DNA of 64,000 bases, taken from assembly GCA_016779125.1 (NCBI GenBank), contig JADHOF010000001.1:120-64119 (forward strand), given 5' to 3'. A program made the position numbers and the translations under genes. This DNA comes from Verrucomicrobiia bacterium. GTDB lineage: Bacteria > Verrucomicrobiota > Verrucomicrobiia > Limisphaerales > JAYPXF01. A model generated the notes under the pieces. That model worked only from the letters and a program-made list of their open reading frames with translations. It was not told the origin of the DNA and did not search any database. Below, piece after piece: positions 36,626 through 46,814 of this stretch (the stretch's first letter is position 1; the number at the start of each line of letters is the position of its first letter).

Positions 36626-39124
36626 ATGAGTGACGAAGCGATGAGCAATTTCACGCCTCGGGCCCAACAGGTCCTGGCCCTCGCGCGCAAGGAAGCCGAC
36701 AGGTTCAACCACAATTTTGTCGGCACCGAGCACCTCCTGCTGGGCTTGATCAAGCTCGGACAGGGCGTCGCGGTCAACGTCCTGCAAAAAATGGGACTGG
36801 ATCTCGAAACCGTCCGACTGGAGGTCGAGAAACAAGTCGGCACCGGCCCCGACCAAAAACAGGTCGGCAACATTCCCTACACGCCCCGCGTCAAGAAAGT
36901 GCTCTCGCTGGCCGCCAAGGAAGCCAAGACACTCAATCACACCTACGTCGGCACCGAACACATCCTGCTCGGACTGCTCCGCGAAGGCGATGGCGTGGCC
37001 GCCCGCGTGTTGAAGAATCTGGACGTCGATATCGAGCAGACACGCGACGAGATCCTCAAGGAACTCGACCCCAATTTCACTGCGGAAGAAGAGGAAGAGT
37101 CCGCAGCCCCCGCCGGCCCCGGGAAAAAGGGCGAGCGCAAGGACGCCAAAACCCCCGCCCTCAAGGCCTTCGGTCGCGACCTAACCGAAATCGCCGCGAA
37201 AGGCGACATGGACCCCGTGATCGGCCGCGCGGATGAAATCGAACGGGTCATTCAGATTCTCTGCCGCCGCACCAAGAACAACCCGGTGCTGCTGGGCGAA
37301 GCCGGTGTCGGCAAGACGGCCATTGTGGAAGGCCTCGCGCAGGAAATCACCAAGGGCAACGTCCCGGAAATCCTCCGCGAAAAGAAGCTCATCACCCTCG
37401 ATCTCGCCCTCATGGTCGCCGGAACCAAGTACCGCGGCCAGTTCGAGGAACGCATCAAGGCCGTGATGGACGAAATCCGCCGGGCAAAGAACGTCATCCT
37501 CTTCATCGACGAGCTTCACACGATCGTCGGAGCCGGCTCGGCCGAGGGCACCATGGACGCCTCCAACATCATCAAACCCGCGCTCAGCCGGGGCGAGATG
37601 CAGTGCATCGGAGCCACCACGCTCAACGAATACCGCAAATACATCGAGAAGGACGCAGCGCTGGAGCGCCGTTTTCAATCGGTCAAGGTGGAGGCTCCCT
37701 CCGTCGAGGACGCCATCGCAATCCTCAAGGGCCTACGATCCAAATACGAAGATCACCACAAGGCCGAAATCACGGACGACGCGGTGGAATCAGCCGTAAA
37801 ACTCTCGGATCGCTACATCATGGGCCGCTTTCTCCCTGACAAGGCGATCGACGTCATGGATGAGGCCGGAGCCCGTTCCCGAATCTCGGCCATGACCCGC
37901 CCCCCGGAGGTCAAAGGCCTTGAGGCGGAAATCGAGGAAATCAAAATCGCGAAAGAGCGCGCCATCAAGGATCAGGATTTTGAAGGCGCCGCCGCACGCC
38001 GCGATCAGGAAAAGCAGGCAAAGGAAAAGCTCGAGTCCGTCCTCACCGAATGGCGGGAGAAGAGCGAGGAGAAGCGGGTCGTCGTGGACGAAGATTGCAT
38101 CATGCAGGTCGTCGCCAAATGGACCGGCATCCCGCTCAAACGCATGGAGCAGGACGAAGCCAAGCGTCTGCTCGAAATGGAGAAGGTGCTCGAAAAGATC
38201 ATCGTTGGACAGTCCGAGGCGGTCAACGCCCTCTGCAAGGCTCTGCGCCGATCAAGGGCCGACCTGAAAGACCCGAATCGCCCCATCGGCACATTCGCTC
38301 TCCTTGGTCCGACAGGCGTCGGCAAGACTCTGCTTGCGAAAACTGTCGCCGAACAAATGTTCGGCAGCGAGAAATCGCTCATCCAGATCGACATGAGCGA
38401 GTACATGGAGAAATTCACCACCTCTCGTCTCACCGGATCCCCTCCCGGATATGTCGGCTACGAGGAAGGCGGGCAGCTGACGGAGAAGGTGCGTCAGAAC
38501 CCGTACAGCGTGGTTCTCTTCGACGAGATTGAGAAAGCGCACCCGGACGTCATGAACATGCTCCTCCAGATTTTGGAGGAAGGAAAACTGACCGATAGTC
38601 TTGGACGGACCGTCGATTTCCGGAACACGATCATTCTGCTCACATCGAATGTCGGTGCCCACGCCGCAAACCGCAGTTCCATCATCGGTTTCACGGCCTC
38701 ATCGGACGGCGTCACCTACGACAAGATGAAGGGTGAGATTTTGGACGAGGCGAAAAAAGCGTTTCGCCCCGAATTCCTCAACCGTCTCGACGACGTCATC
38801 GTCTTCCGCTCCCTCAACAAACCGGACTTGGTCACCATTCTCCATTTGGAGATCGAAAAGGTCATGATCCGGCTTAAAGCCCGCAATATCCGGCTCGAAT
38901 TGGACGAAAAAGCGCAGGATTTTCTGGTCGAGAAGGGCTTTGATCCCCAATACGGAGCCCGCCCCATGCGACGCTCGGTCGAGCGCCACCTCGAGGACCC
39001 GCTCGCGGAAGAAATTCTGCGGGGAAACCTCCACGCCAACGACCCCGTCCACGTCTCCGTCGAGGAAGACAAGCTGAAATTCACCCAGCCCGCTTCGACC
39101 GGAGAAGAAACCGTCCAGAAATAG
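36626..39124 (+). CDS. clpC: ATP-dependent Clp protease ATP-binding subunit ClpC
   Basis: Double Clp_N repeats, Walker A motifs GEAGVGKT and GPTGVGKT, and a UVR-like middle domain. The start may be 36641. Confidence 0.95.
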   Translation: MSDEAMSNFTPRAQQVLALARKEADRFNHNFVGTEHLLLGLIKLGQGVAVNVLQKMGLDLETVRLEVEKQVGTGPDQKQVGNIPYTPRVKKVLSLAAKEAKTLNHTYVGTEHILLGLLREGDGVAARVLKNLDVDIEQTRDEILKELDPNFTAEEEEESAAPAGPGKKGERKDAKTPALKAFGRDLTEIAAKGDMDPVIGRADEIERVIQILCRRTKNNPVLLGEAGVGKTAIVEGLAQEITKGNVPEILREKKLITLDLALMVAGTKYRGQFEERIKAVMDEIRRAKNVILFIDELHTIVGAGSAEGTMDASNIIKPALSRGEMQCIGATTLNEYRKYIEKDAALERRFQSVKVEAPSVEDAIAILKGLRSKYEDHHKAEITDDAVESAVKLSDRYIMGRFLPDKAIDVMDEAGARSRISAMTRPPEVKGLEAEIEEIKIAKERAIKDQDFEGAAARRDQEKQAKEKLESVLTEWREKSEEKRVVVDEDCIMQVVAKWTGIPLKRMEQDEAKRLLEMEKVLEKIIVGQSEAVNALCKALRRSRADLKDPNRPIGTFALLGPTGVGKTLLAKTVAEQMFGSEKSLIQIDMSEYMEKFTTSRLTGSPPGYVGYEEGGQLTEKVRQNPYSVVLFDEIEKAHPDVMNMLLQILEEGKLTDSLGRTVDFRNTIILLTSNVGAHAANRSSIIGFTASSDGVTYDKMKGEILDEAKKAFRPEFLNRLDDVIVFRSLNKPDLVTILHLEIEKVMIRLKARNIRLELDEKAQDFLVEKGFDPQYGARPMRRSVERHLEDPLAEEILRGNLHANDPVHVSVEEDKLKFTQPASTGEETVQK

Positions 39125-39178
39125 CCATTTGTCGCTCGCCGCAAGCGCACGACAGACGGCTCCCAAAAACTACGGAAT

Positions 39179-39194
39179 AGCCCTGATCAGGGCT
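39179..39194. other. Perfect 16-bp palindrome AGCCCTGATCAGGGCT downstream of clpC (possible weak terminator hairpin)
   Basis: Read directly. There is no T-run after it, so terminator function is uncertain. Confidence 0.3.
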
Positions 39195-39237
39195 CTGTGA
39201 CCTTGCGTTCGTCGATTGAGCAACCTATGGTCGCCCA

Positions 39238-42066
39238 ATGGTCCATCGGGTTCAAATAGCTCCGATCGCTCTTGCAATAACGCAATTGCTGCTCGTCGGT
39301 TCAGTTTTTCCACTTTCCGGGTTAAAGGCTCAGGAAAGTGGCGGTATTTTGCCGAATGAAATCACTTTCACCACCGACGGAGTCACTACGACCTATCAGG
39401 TTGCGCTGGACGAGTATGCACACATCACTCCAGATGGTGACAGCGCACGCGTGACCATTCACGGACTGCCCTCAGCCTCTGCCATGCACCAGCGAGCGCT
39501 CGAGGTGGAGCGGACGAGCGGAGGAAGAGTCTGGCTGGCTATGTATCCAGCGGGAAAACCAAAGGACATCTACAACCGTCATCTCCTGACGGAAGATCTC
39601 CTCCTCAAATTGAAAGAACCGGCGGACCCGAACGCTGTAGCCACCGCCCTCGGACTGACCTACCACGGGACACTCTACTATTACCCTGGAATGCATTTAT
39701 TCCGAGCAGGAGGAGCCGGCGCTTCTGCGTTCGCTCTTGAGCAGGCGAAGAACCAGCCCACCGTTCTGGAAGCCAGGCCCGTTTTTGCCCGCAGCTTCGT
39801 ACAACGGTATTTTGTGCCAGACGATCCGCTCTTCACGAATCAATGGCACCTGCTGAACACCGGGCAGAACGGCGCGACTCCTGGTTCCGACGTCAACATC
39901 ACGAATGTCTGGGAACGCTATCGAGGCAGCAACACCGTCATCGGCATTTTCGACGATGGCTTTGACATCACCCACCCCGACCTCATCGACAATCTGCTCA
40001 CGAATATGGCCTACAATCCGATTGACGGATCTCAGGACGTCACACCGCGTCCCGGTGACTTTCACGGAACGGCCGTCTCAGGTGTGGCGGCAGCAAGGGG
40101 AAACAACAGCGAGGGGCTTTCAGGGGCTGCCCCCAACGCGAGCATCGTGCCAATTCGCTTCGACTTCAACGTGGGTATGAGTCCCCTGCAAATTGCGGAG
40201 GGCCTTCTCCACAGCAACGACATCGTGCAGGTTCACAACAACAGCTGGGGAATCAACACCTCATTTTTCCTCTACGAACTCGACCCGGCTGAATCCAACG
40301 CCTTCTACACTGCAAACACTTTCGGCCGCGGTGGACGTGGCACAATTTACGTTTACTCCGCTGGGAACGACGCCCAGTCCGGTGACGATGTCAACTACAG
40401 CGGCTTCACAAAGCATATGTCGACCATCGCTGTGGCCGCGCTCAACGATCTGGGGCGCCGAGCAAGCTACAGCACCTACGGAGCGGCGACGGTGATCAGT
40501 GCCCCGGCGGGACTCGATTCCACCCGTTTCCAAGGCACCTCGACGACCGACGTTCAAGGAACCAACGGCTATAATCCAACGACGACGTTTCCGCTCGGCG
40601 ATTACACGAACCTCAACTACACGGCCAACTTCAACGGAACCTCCTCCGCCGCGCCACTCACCACCGGCGTCATCGCATTGATCTTGGAAGCCAACCCCAA
40701 CCTGGGGTGGCGGGACGTGCAGGAAATCGTGATGCGAAGTGCATCCTTGACCGACACCAATCATTTTGACTGGATCACAAACGCGGCCGGCTTTCATTTC
40801 AATCACGAGTACGGAGCGGGGATCATAAACGCGGACGCGGCCGTCATGCTCGCCACCAACTGGACCAATCTGGGGCTGAGAACCAACATATCGTTCACCC
40901 TGACCAACCTGAGTGACATCATCCCCGATTTTGACCCAGCAGGTGTTACCAAGACTTTTACCGTCACGAATCACGATCTGCGCTTGGAGCATGTCCAGCT
41001 GCACGTGAATGCCAGTCATATTTCCAGAGGGGATCTGGAGATCACCCTGACATCCCCTTCCGGCACAGAAAGCATTCTCGCCAGAACTCACTTTGACAGC
41101 AATCCCGACTACGACTGGACTTTCTACTCGGTTCGCAACTGGGGTGAATTCGCATCCGGCGGCTCAGGCAATACGAACAATCAGTGGTCCGTCACAATTC
41201 GGGATCAGAGGCCCGGCGCGAGTGGGTTCCTTTCCAATCTCCGCCTTACGCTCCACGGCACGATCACCAATTCGACAACGATCGGCTTGACTGATCCGCC
41301 CTCCATCATCGAGCACCCAACCAGCCGCACCATCACCAAAGGCTCCACCATGAAATTTCGTGTTGTTGCGAACAGCATCGCAACACCCTCTTTTCGATGG
41401 CTGTTCACCGATCCAAACGGTGCCACGACCGTCATCAACACAAACCGCAGCGAACTACAGCTGACCGCGATCGACTTCAGCAGACAAGGTATCTACGTGG
41501 CCGAGGTATTCAATCAGTTCGGTGTGACACGAAGCGCTCCGGCGACGTTGTTTGTCAACTCTCCTCCTGAGATTGCGGCGGACGGGCAACCGACCAACCG
41601 GGTCTCCGTCATCGGCGGCAACACGGCGTTCAGTGTGGCCGCATCCGGGGCCGGACCGCTTCAATATCAATGGCGCCGAAACAGCGTGCCGATTTCAGGC
41701 GCAACCTCGTCCATCCTCGTTCTGACAAATCTGCAGGCATCGGACTTCAGCACCAACGGCACGCCCGTACGCTATGACGTCACGGTTCGCAACACGCTCG
41801 CCTCGATCATCAGCAATCCGGCAACGCTCGCCGAAGCACCAGGCGTCACCTTCACCGCCCTCCCCGCCGGGCTCACAAACGGGGTTTTTCAATTCGGCTT
41901 CTCGGGTGCCCTGAACCAGAACGTCCGTATCGACGGATCAACCAATCTCACCAACTGGATCATGCTGGACACCCGCACCCTGAACGGCGGCAACGGTGTC
42001 TACTCCGACCCGAATGCGGGCACGTTCCCAGGCTACCGCTACTACAGGGTCGTCCCAATTCCCTGA
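39238..42066 (+). CDS. Secreted S8 (kexin/furin-like) serine peptidase with proprotein-convertase P-domain, two Ig-like domains and a C-terminal beta-sandwich-like tail
   Basis: Catalytic triad contexts are FDDGFDITHPDL, HGTAVSGVAAA and GTSSAAPLTTG. The P-domain is HISRGDLEITLTSPSGTESIL...WGE. The Ig-like repeats include a YQWRRN-type segment. Confidence 0.85.
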   Translation: MVHRVQIAPIALAITQLLLVGSVFPLSGLKAQESGGILPNEITFTTDGVTTTYQVALDEYAHITPDGDSARVTIHGLPSASAMHQRALEVERTSGGRVWLAMYPAGKPKDIYNRHLLTEDLLLKLKEPADPNAVATALGLTYHGTLYYYPGMHLFRAGGAGASAFALEQAKNQPTVLEARPVFARSFVQRYFVPDDPLFTNQWHLLNTGQNGATPGSDVNITNVWERYRGSNTVIGIFDDGFDITHPDLIDNLLTNMAYNPIDGSQDVTPRPGDFHGTAVSGVAAARGNNSEGLSGAAPNASIVPIRFDFNVGMSPLQIAEGLLHSNDIVQVHNNSWGINTSFFLYELDPAESNAFYTANTFGRGGRGTIYVYSAGNDAQSGDDVNYSGFTKHMSTIAVAALNDLGRRASYSTYGAATVISAPAGLDSTRFQGTSTTDVQGTNGYNPTTTFPLGDYTNLNYTANFNGTSSAAPLTTGVIALILEANPNLGWRDVQEIVMRSASLTDTNHFDWITNAAGFHFNHEYGAGIINADAAVMLATNWTNLGLRTNISFTLTNLSDIIPDFDPAGVTKTFTVTNHDLRLEHVQLHVNASHISRGDLEITLTSPSGTESILARTHFDSNPDYDWTFYSVRNWGEFASGGSGNTNNQWSVTIRDQRPGASGFLSNLRLTLHGTITNSTTIGLTDPPSIIEHPTSRTITKGSTMKFRVVANSIATPSFRWLFTDPNGATTVINTNRSELQLTAIDFSRQGIYVAEVFNQFGVTRSAPATLFVNSPPEIAADGQPTNRVSVIGGNTAFSVAASGAGPLQYQWRRNSVPISGATSSILVLTNLQASDFSTNGTPVRYDVTVRNTLASIISNPATLAEAPGVTFTALPAGLTNGVFQFGFSGALNQNVRIDGSTNLTNWIMLDTRTLNGGNGVYSDPNAGTFPGYRYYRVVPIP

Positions 42067-42174
42067 TCCAATCCCGCCTTTGTCGTGGTTATCTGAAGCT
42101 AGGCGCTTGCCCCGGCGTCGGATCCGGCTAGTTTCGACCCGTCCCATGCAGGACCCTCACCAGCAGGTTTAATT

Positions 42175-44757
42175 ATGCGCAAACTGATTGTCGTTCTCCT
42201 CGCGCTGGCCTTCACCCAGCACATCTCATTCGCTCAAAACGGCGACAAGGGCGGTGAGGAGCAGGTCGCTCCCATCCCCGCCGATAAAATCCCCCCTGCT
42301 CCCCCTCTGCCGCCCGGACAGGCATTGAAAACGTTCAAACTGCCCCCGGATTTCGAAATCCAACTCGTCGCATCAGAACCGCTCATCGACAACCCGGTCA
42401 TCGTTCAATGGGACAACGCCGGCCGCCTTTGGGTAATGGAGATGCGCTCCTTCATGCAGACGCCGAACGGGGCGGGCGAGCTCGAGCCCGTCAGCCAGGT
42501 TTCCATTCTCCACGACACGGACGGCGACGGCCGTATGGACAAGAAAACAGTGTTCTTGGACAAGCTGCTCATGCCTCGAGCGATGGCATTCACGGGCGAC
42601 GGTGTCCTGATCTGCGAACCTCCCGGGCTCTACTACTACCCGATCCTTCCTGGCGACAAACCCGGCAAACGAATCACGGTCGATCCGGATTACGCGCCCG
42701 CCGCGGTGGTGAAAAACGGGGTCATGAACGTCGAGCATGCGGCGAACGGCTTCATCCGAGCGATTGACAACTGGCACTACAACGCGAAATCAACCTTTCG
42801 ATACAGCCTGCAACAGGGCGAATGGAAGAAGGAGCCAACCTACTTCAAGGGACAATGGGGCATCAGCCAGGACAACTACGGCCGCTTAGCATTCAATTCC
42901 AACAGCGATCATTTCCGCATGGAACCCACCCCCTCGGAATATCTCCTTCGCAACCCCTTTTACCGCGATGCCAACTACAGTATCCAGCCTCTGCCCAAGC
43001 AGGACGTCTGGCCTGCCCGCATCAATCCGGGCGTCAACCGTGCCTATCGCAAAGGCACGCTCCGACCAGACGGCCGCCTCGCGAAATTCACGGGAGCCAG
43101 CGCCCTTGCCATCTATCGCGGAGGCCACTTCCCCCCCGAATTCATCGGCGACGCCTTTGTTCCCGAACCCACGGGCAATCTGATCCGTCGCGACGACGTC
43201 ACAGAATCGGAAGGCCGATTGACCGCCATCAATCCCTACGCCAGGAATGACACCGAATTCCTCACATCCACCGACGAAATCTTCCGCCCCGTGAACGCCT
43301 ACATGGGACCGGATGGGGCGATGTACTTTGTGGACATGTATCACGGCATCATCCAGCACCGCATCTTTCTGACCAGCTACCTTCGCAAGCAGGCCGAGAG
43401 CCGAGGCCTCGACAAGGTTGTCGACTACGGCCGCATCTACCGCGTCGTCCACCGAGGACGCCCTCTCGATCAAGGACCAAACCTCGCGAGGGCTTCCCCT
43501 GAAGAGCTGGTCGCGGCGCTCGCGAACAACAACGGATGGTACCGCGACAACGCCCAACGCATCCTGGTGGAAAAGGCTCCGGCCGCAGCGATCGAACCGC
43601 TCAAGAAACTCGCCACAAACGGGGCCAATCACCTCGGCCGACTCCACGCGCTTTGGACACTTTCGGGACTGGGCTTCGCCGATCTGGAAATTCTCGGCAA
43701 GGTGCTGCAAACCGAAAAACACCCGAAAGTCGTCGCGTCAGCCATTCGCCTCTGTGAACCGATCCTGAAAACCTGGGAACAGGAAGACGCGCTGAAACTG
43801 GTCGTCGCGAAGGCAACCTCAAAGGACGCCGACATCAAACTGCAGGTCGCCCTCACGCTGAGCGGCGTCGATTCGCCTCTTGCCACGAAAACACTGACGA
43901 AGCTTGCCCGGGACAACGCCGGATCGATCGCCATCCGCGATGCAATCATCTCCGGATTGCCCGGCCGCGAGTATGATTTCATCGCCGCCTTGCTCGCGGA
44001 CAAGGCCTTTTCAAAAACAAGCAAGGACCGCGAAAAACTGCTTGGCGAACTGGCCCGCTGCGTGATCATTCAGGGTCGTCGCGATCCGGTGAACAACCTG
44101 CTCACGCTGATCGGCAACGACGCCACGCTGGACTGGCAAAAAACCGCGCTGATCGTCGGCATGACCCCCGCCAAGATCAAATCCACCAAAGGGCTCCCCC
44201 CGGTGAAGGCAAAAACAATCCGACTCACGGAGGAACCCACCGCCTTCGCCGCGCTGAAAGGGATCAAAAACAAAACGGTCGCCACGGCCTTGAGCAAACT
44301 CGACGAGGTGCTCGTCTGGCCCGGCAAGCCCGGCGTCAAACCCGAGCCTCCGGTTCGCCCGCTGAACGACGAGGAACGTGTCCTTTTCGAGTCCGGCAAG
44401 CAGCTCTACGGAATGACCTGCGGAGCCTGTCATCAGGACCACGGTTTCGGCATGGCCGGGATGGCCCCCCCGCTCGCGGATTCAGAATGGGTCGCATCCA
44501 GCGAGGATCGGCTGATTCGGATTGTCCTGCAGGGCATTGGCGGTCCGATCACGGTTCTCGGTCAAAAGTTTGATATGGACATGCCCGGTCACGGCACCTT
44601 CTCGGACGAGCAGATCGCGTCTGTGCTCACCTACATCCGTCGCGAGTGGGATCATACGCACGACCCCGTCTCATCGGGAAAGGTCGCCGCTGTCCGCAAA
44701 GCGACTTCCAGCCGCGAGGAAGCCTGGACGGCGGAAGAGTTGCTCAAGCTGAAATAG
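42175..44757 (+). CDS. PVC-type haem-binding CxxCH protein (membrane-bound-dehydrogenase-like domain + HEAT repeats + C-terminal cytochrome c)
   Basis: Signal peptide, FKLPPDFEIQLVASEPLIDNPV, HEAT-like helical repeats, and a C-terminal CGACHQ with a downstream Met. Confidence 0.8.
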   Translation: MRKLIVVLLALAFTQHISFAQNGDKGGEEQVAPIPADKIPPAPPLPPGQALKTFKLPPDFEIQLVASEPLIDNPVIVQWDNAGRLWVMEMRSFMQTPNGAGELEPVSQVSILHDTDGDGRMDKKTVFLDKLLMPRAMAFTGDGVLICEPPGLYYYPILPGDKPGKRITVDPDYAPAAVVKNGVMNVEHAANGFIRAIDNWHYNAKSTFRYSLQQGEWKKEPTYFKGQWGISQDNYGRLAFNSNSDHFRMEPTPSEYLLRNPFYRDANYSIQPLPKQDVWPARINPGVNRAYRKGTLRPDGRLAKFTGASALAIYRGGHFPPEFIGDAFVPEPTGNLIRRDDVTESEGRLTAINPYARNDTEFLTSTDEIFRPVNAYMGPDGAMYFVDMYHGIIQHRIFLTSYLRKQAESRGLDKVVDYGRIYRVVHRGRPLDQGPNLARASPEELVAALANNNGWYRDNAQRILVEKAPAAAIEPLKKLATNGANHLGRLHALWTLSGLGFADLEILGKVLQTEKHPKVVASAIRLCEPILKTWEQEDALKLVVAKATSKDADIKLQVALTLSGVDSPLATKTLTKLARDNAGSIAIRDAIISGLPGREYDFIAALLADKAFSKTSKDREKLLGELARCVIIQGRRDPVNNLLTLIGNDATLDWQKTALIVGMTPAKIKSTKGLPPVKAKTIRLTEEPTAFAALKGIKNKTVATALSKLDEVLVWPGKPGVKPEPPVRPLNDEERVLFESGKQLYGMTCGACHQDHGFGMAGMAPPLADSEWVASSEDRLIRIVLQGIGGPITVLGQKFDMDMPGHGTFSDEQIASVLTYIRREWDHTHDPVSSGKVAAVRKATSSREEAWTAEELLKLK

Positions 44758-46244
44758 CTGCTACCCCTTCCGCCCGTCAAAGAGCCCTGCACGGCCACCG
44801 TGCCGTGGCGCAGCAGCAATCCGTGGGTCATGCACTTCGGCAGATCCTCGGGATGATGTGTGACCATGACGAGGCCGACCCCCATGGCAGCCACCGCGAC
44901 AAGCTGCCGATCCAAGGCGTCCCGCACGCCCTTTTCCAATCCGTCAAAGGGCTCGTCCAACACGAGCACCTCGGGATCGTGCACCAGCGCCCGTGCGATG
45001 AGCACGCGGCGCAATTGCCCGTAGGAAATCCCGGTCACCGGGCGTCTTGAAAATTCCTCCAATCCGAACAGGCTCACCAACTCGTCCACGCGCCGTCGTT
45101 CCTTGCGGGTAAGCCGGTCGTAAAGCACGTGTCCGCCAAAGTAGCCGGTCGCGATCGCGTCCGCCCCGGACAACTCCTCCCGAAACCGCATCTGAAAATC
45201 CATCGAGACGAACCCCGTCCTTTGTCGGATTTCCCACAAGGTGTGCCGGCGGGCCTCATTGAACCTCAAGACGCGGCCTCCAAGCACCGGATGCACCTCG
45301 CCCAGCAGCAGCTTGAGAAACGTGCTCTTGCCCGCGCCGTTGTGCCCCAACACGGCCCAGTGCTCCCCTTTGCCCATCTCCCAATCGAGCGGACCAAGCG
45401 CCCTCTTCTTGTCGTGATAAACCTCGGCGTGGTTGAGTCGAAACAGAAAATCTTCCCTTGGAGCCCTCGTTTCGGAATGGATCAAGTCCTCGAATTTCGC
45501 ACAGGGCGCGCACTTTGACGAAGGCCGCGAGATCGCATCCACCCGGGCTTTCAGACGGCGCAGCCGCTTGACCTGACCTGCGCCCATATGAACCGCGTGG
45601 GTCAGCGCGGGGATGAATTCCTCCCGCCGATGCGTCGCCATCACGATCCTGGTGCCGCTCTCGGCGATTCCCTGAATCCATTCCAACAGACGCCCCCGGG
45701 TTCTAAGATCGAGTCCGTCGCAGACCTCGTCCAAAAGCAGCAATGCGGGCGTCCCCACCAAAGCCCGGGCCACCAGCACGCGCCTCAACTCGCCTTGGGA
45801 CAACGTCTGCACGTTCCGCCCGATCAGGTGGGAGATCTCCAGCCGCTCACCAAGCTGCCGCGCTCCCATCTCCTGCTTCCTCGAAACGGGTTCATACAAA
45901 TAGTCCGTGTTTCGGTATCCGGTCAGAATCACATCGAAGGCTGTGCGATCCCATTCCAACGAGAGATACCGCTCCTGCATCTCCGGCGACACAAAGGCGA
46001 TCTTGTCCCGGGCAAACACCGGACTGGCCGAAACCCGTGCCCCTATCCGGTAACACCGTTCGCCTCCACCGGGGTCCGGCGCGAGCTCGCCTCGAATCAG
46101 CCGCAGAAACGTCGTCTTGCCACAACCGTTCGGGCCCAGCAGAACGTGGTTTTCTCCCTCGCCAAGCTCCCAATCCAAAGCGCTCAACACTCGCCGCCCG
46201 TCCAGAGAGACGTTCACTCCGCGAAATGAAACCAACGCCTCCAT
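44652..46244 (-). CDS. Soluble tandem ABC ATPase, ModF-like
   Basis: Two ABC cassettes (GPNGCGKT / LSQGELRR and GHNGAGKST / ISYGQLRR) and no TM domain. The 3' end overlaps the convergent gene by 106 nt. Confidence 0.8.
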   Translation of the reverse strand: MEALVSFRGVNVSLDGRRVLSALDWELGEGENHVLLGPNGCGKTTFLRLIRGELAPDPGGGERCYRIGARVSASPVFARDKIAFVSPEMQERYLSLEWDRTAFDVILTGYRNTDYLYEPVSRKQEMGARQLGERLEISHLIGRNVQTLSQGELRRVLVARALVGTPALLLLDEVCDGLDLRTRGRLLEWIQGIAESGTRIVMATHRREEFIPALTHAVHMGAGQVKRLRRLKARVDAISRPSSKCAPCAKFEDLIHSETRAPREDFLFRLNHAEVYHDKKRALGPLDWEMGKGEHWAVLGHNGAGKSTFLKLLLGEVHPVLGGRVLRFNEARRHTLWEIRQRTGFVSMDFQMRFREELSGADAIATGYFGGHVLYDRLTRKERRRVDELVSLFGLEEFSRRPVTGISYGQLRRVLIARALVHDPEVLVLDEPFDGLEKGVRDALDRQLVAVAAMGVGLVMVTHHPEDLPKCMTHGLLLRHGTVAVQGSLTGGRGSSYFSLSNSSAVQASSRLEVALRTAATFPDETGSCV

Positions 46245-46249
46245 CTTGA

Positions 46250-46798
46250 TCAGAATTCGGAGACTTCAAACTCCGACTCGAACCAGATGCCGTTGAATTC
46301 GAACTGGATGATCGGCGGATCAAAACGACCCAGGTACCAGGTCACGTCGTTTCGCGGCTGGAGCTCCCGCAACACCTCCTCGGTCATTTCCTCGTCCAAG
46401 GACAAGAATCGATACCGGTTCTGCCGCAAACCGTCCTTCTTCATCCGGCGTTTCAGATCCTCCGTCTCGGCGCGGAGCGAACGGACAATCCACACCTCGC
46501 CGTTATGCACCTTGACCGCGAGTTTGTTCAGTTTCTTGGTGTCGCATTCCCCGCATTCAGCCCAGAACGCCGGCTCCATTTGATAGTCCAGCTGCACCAG
46601 GTCGGGAACAAAGGGGATGTAATCATCATGCAAAGCCGTCTGCATCTGGATCCGTTCGCGGAACAGGATCAGGTACCCGAACAGGCGTTGCAGGACCACC
46701 CGCTCGTCCTCGTCCAGGGACTGCACGACGATGATCTTGGTAGGCAGCTCGCGCTGACGTTCCTCACTACGTAGATTGAAGACGTACTTGATGACCAT
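46250..46798 (-). CDS. YaeQ-like protein (PD-(D/E)XK-fold family), tentative
   Basis: 182 aa. By eye the layout resembles E. coli YaeQ (DERVVLQRLFGYL vs ERMMLRLLAWL; FWAECGECD..KLNKLA vs LWIELGLPD..RIKKA). This was not verified by search. Confidence 0.45.
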   Translation of the reverse strand: MVIKYVFNLRSEERQRELPTKIIVVQSLDEDERVVLQRLFGYLILFRERIQMQTALHDDYIPFVPDLVQLDYQMEPAFWAECGECDTKKLNKLAVKVHNGEVWIVRSLRAETEDLKRRMKKDGLRQNRYRFLSLDEEMTEEVLRELQPRNDVTWYLGRFDPPIIQFEFNGIWFESEFEVSEF

Positions 46799-46814
46799 GG
46801 CCGCCCCCCCGGGC

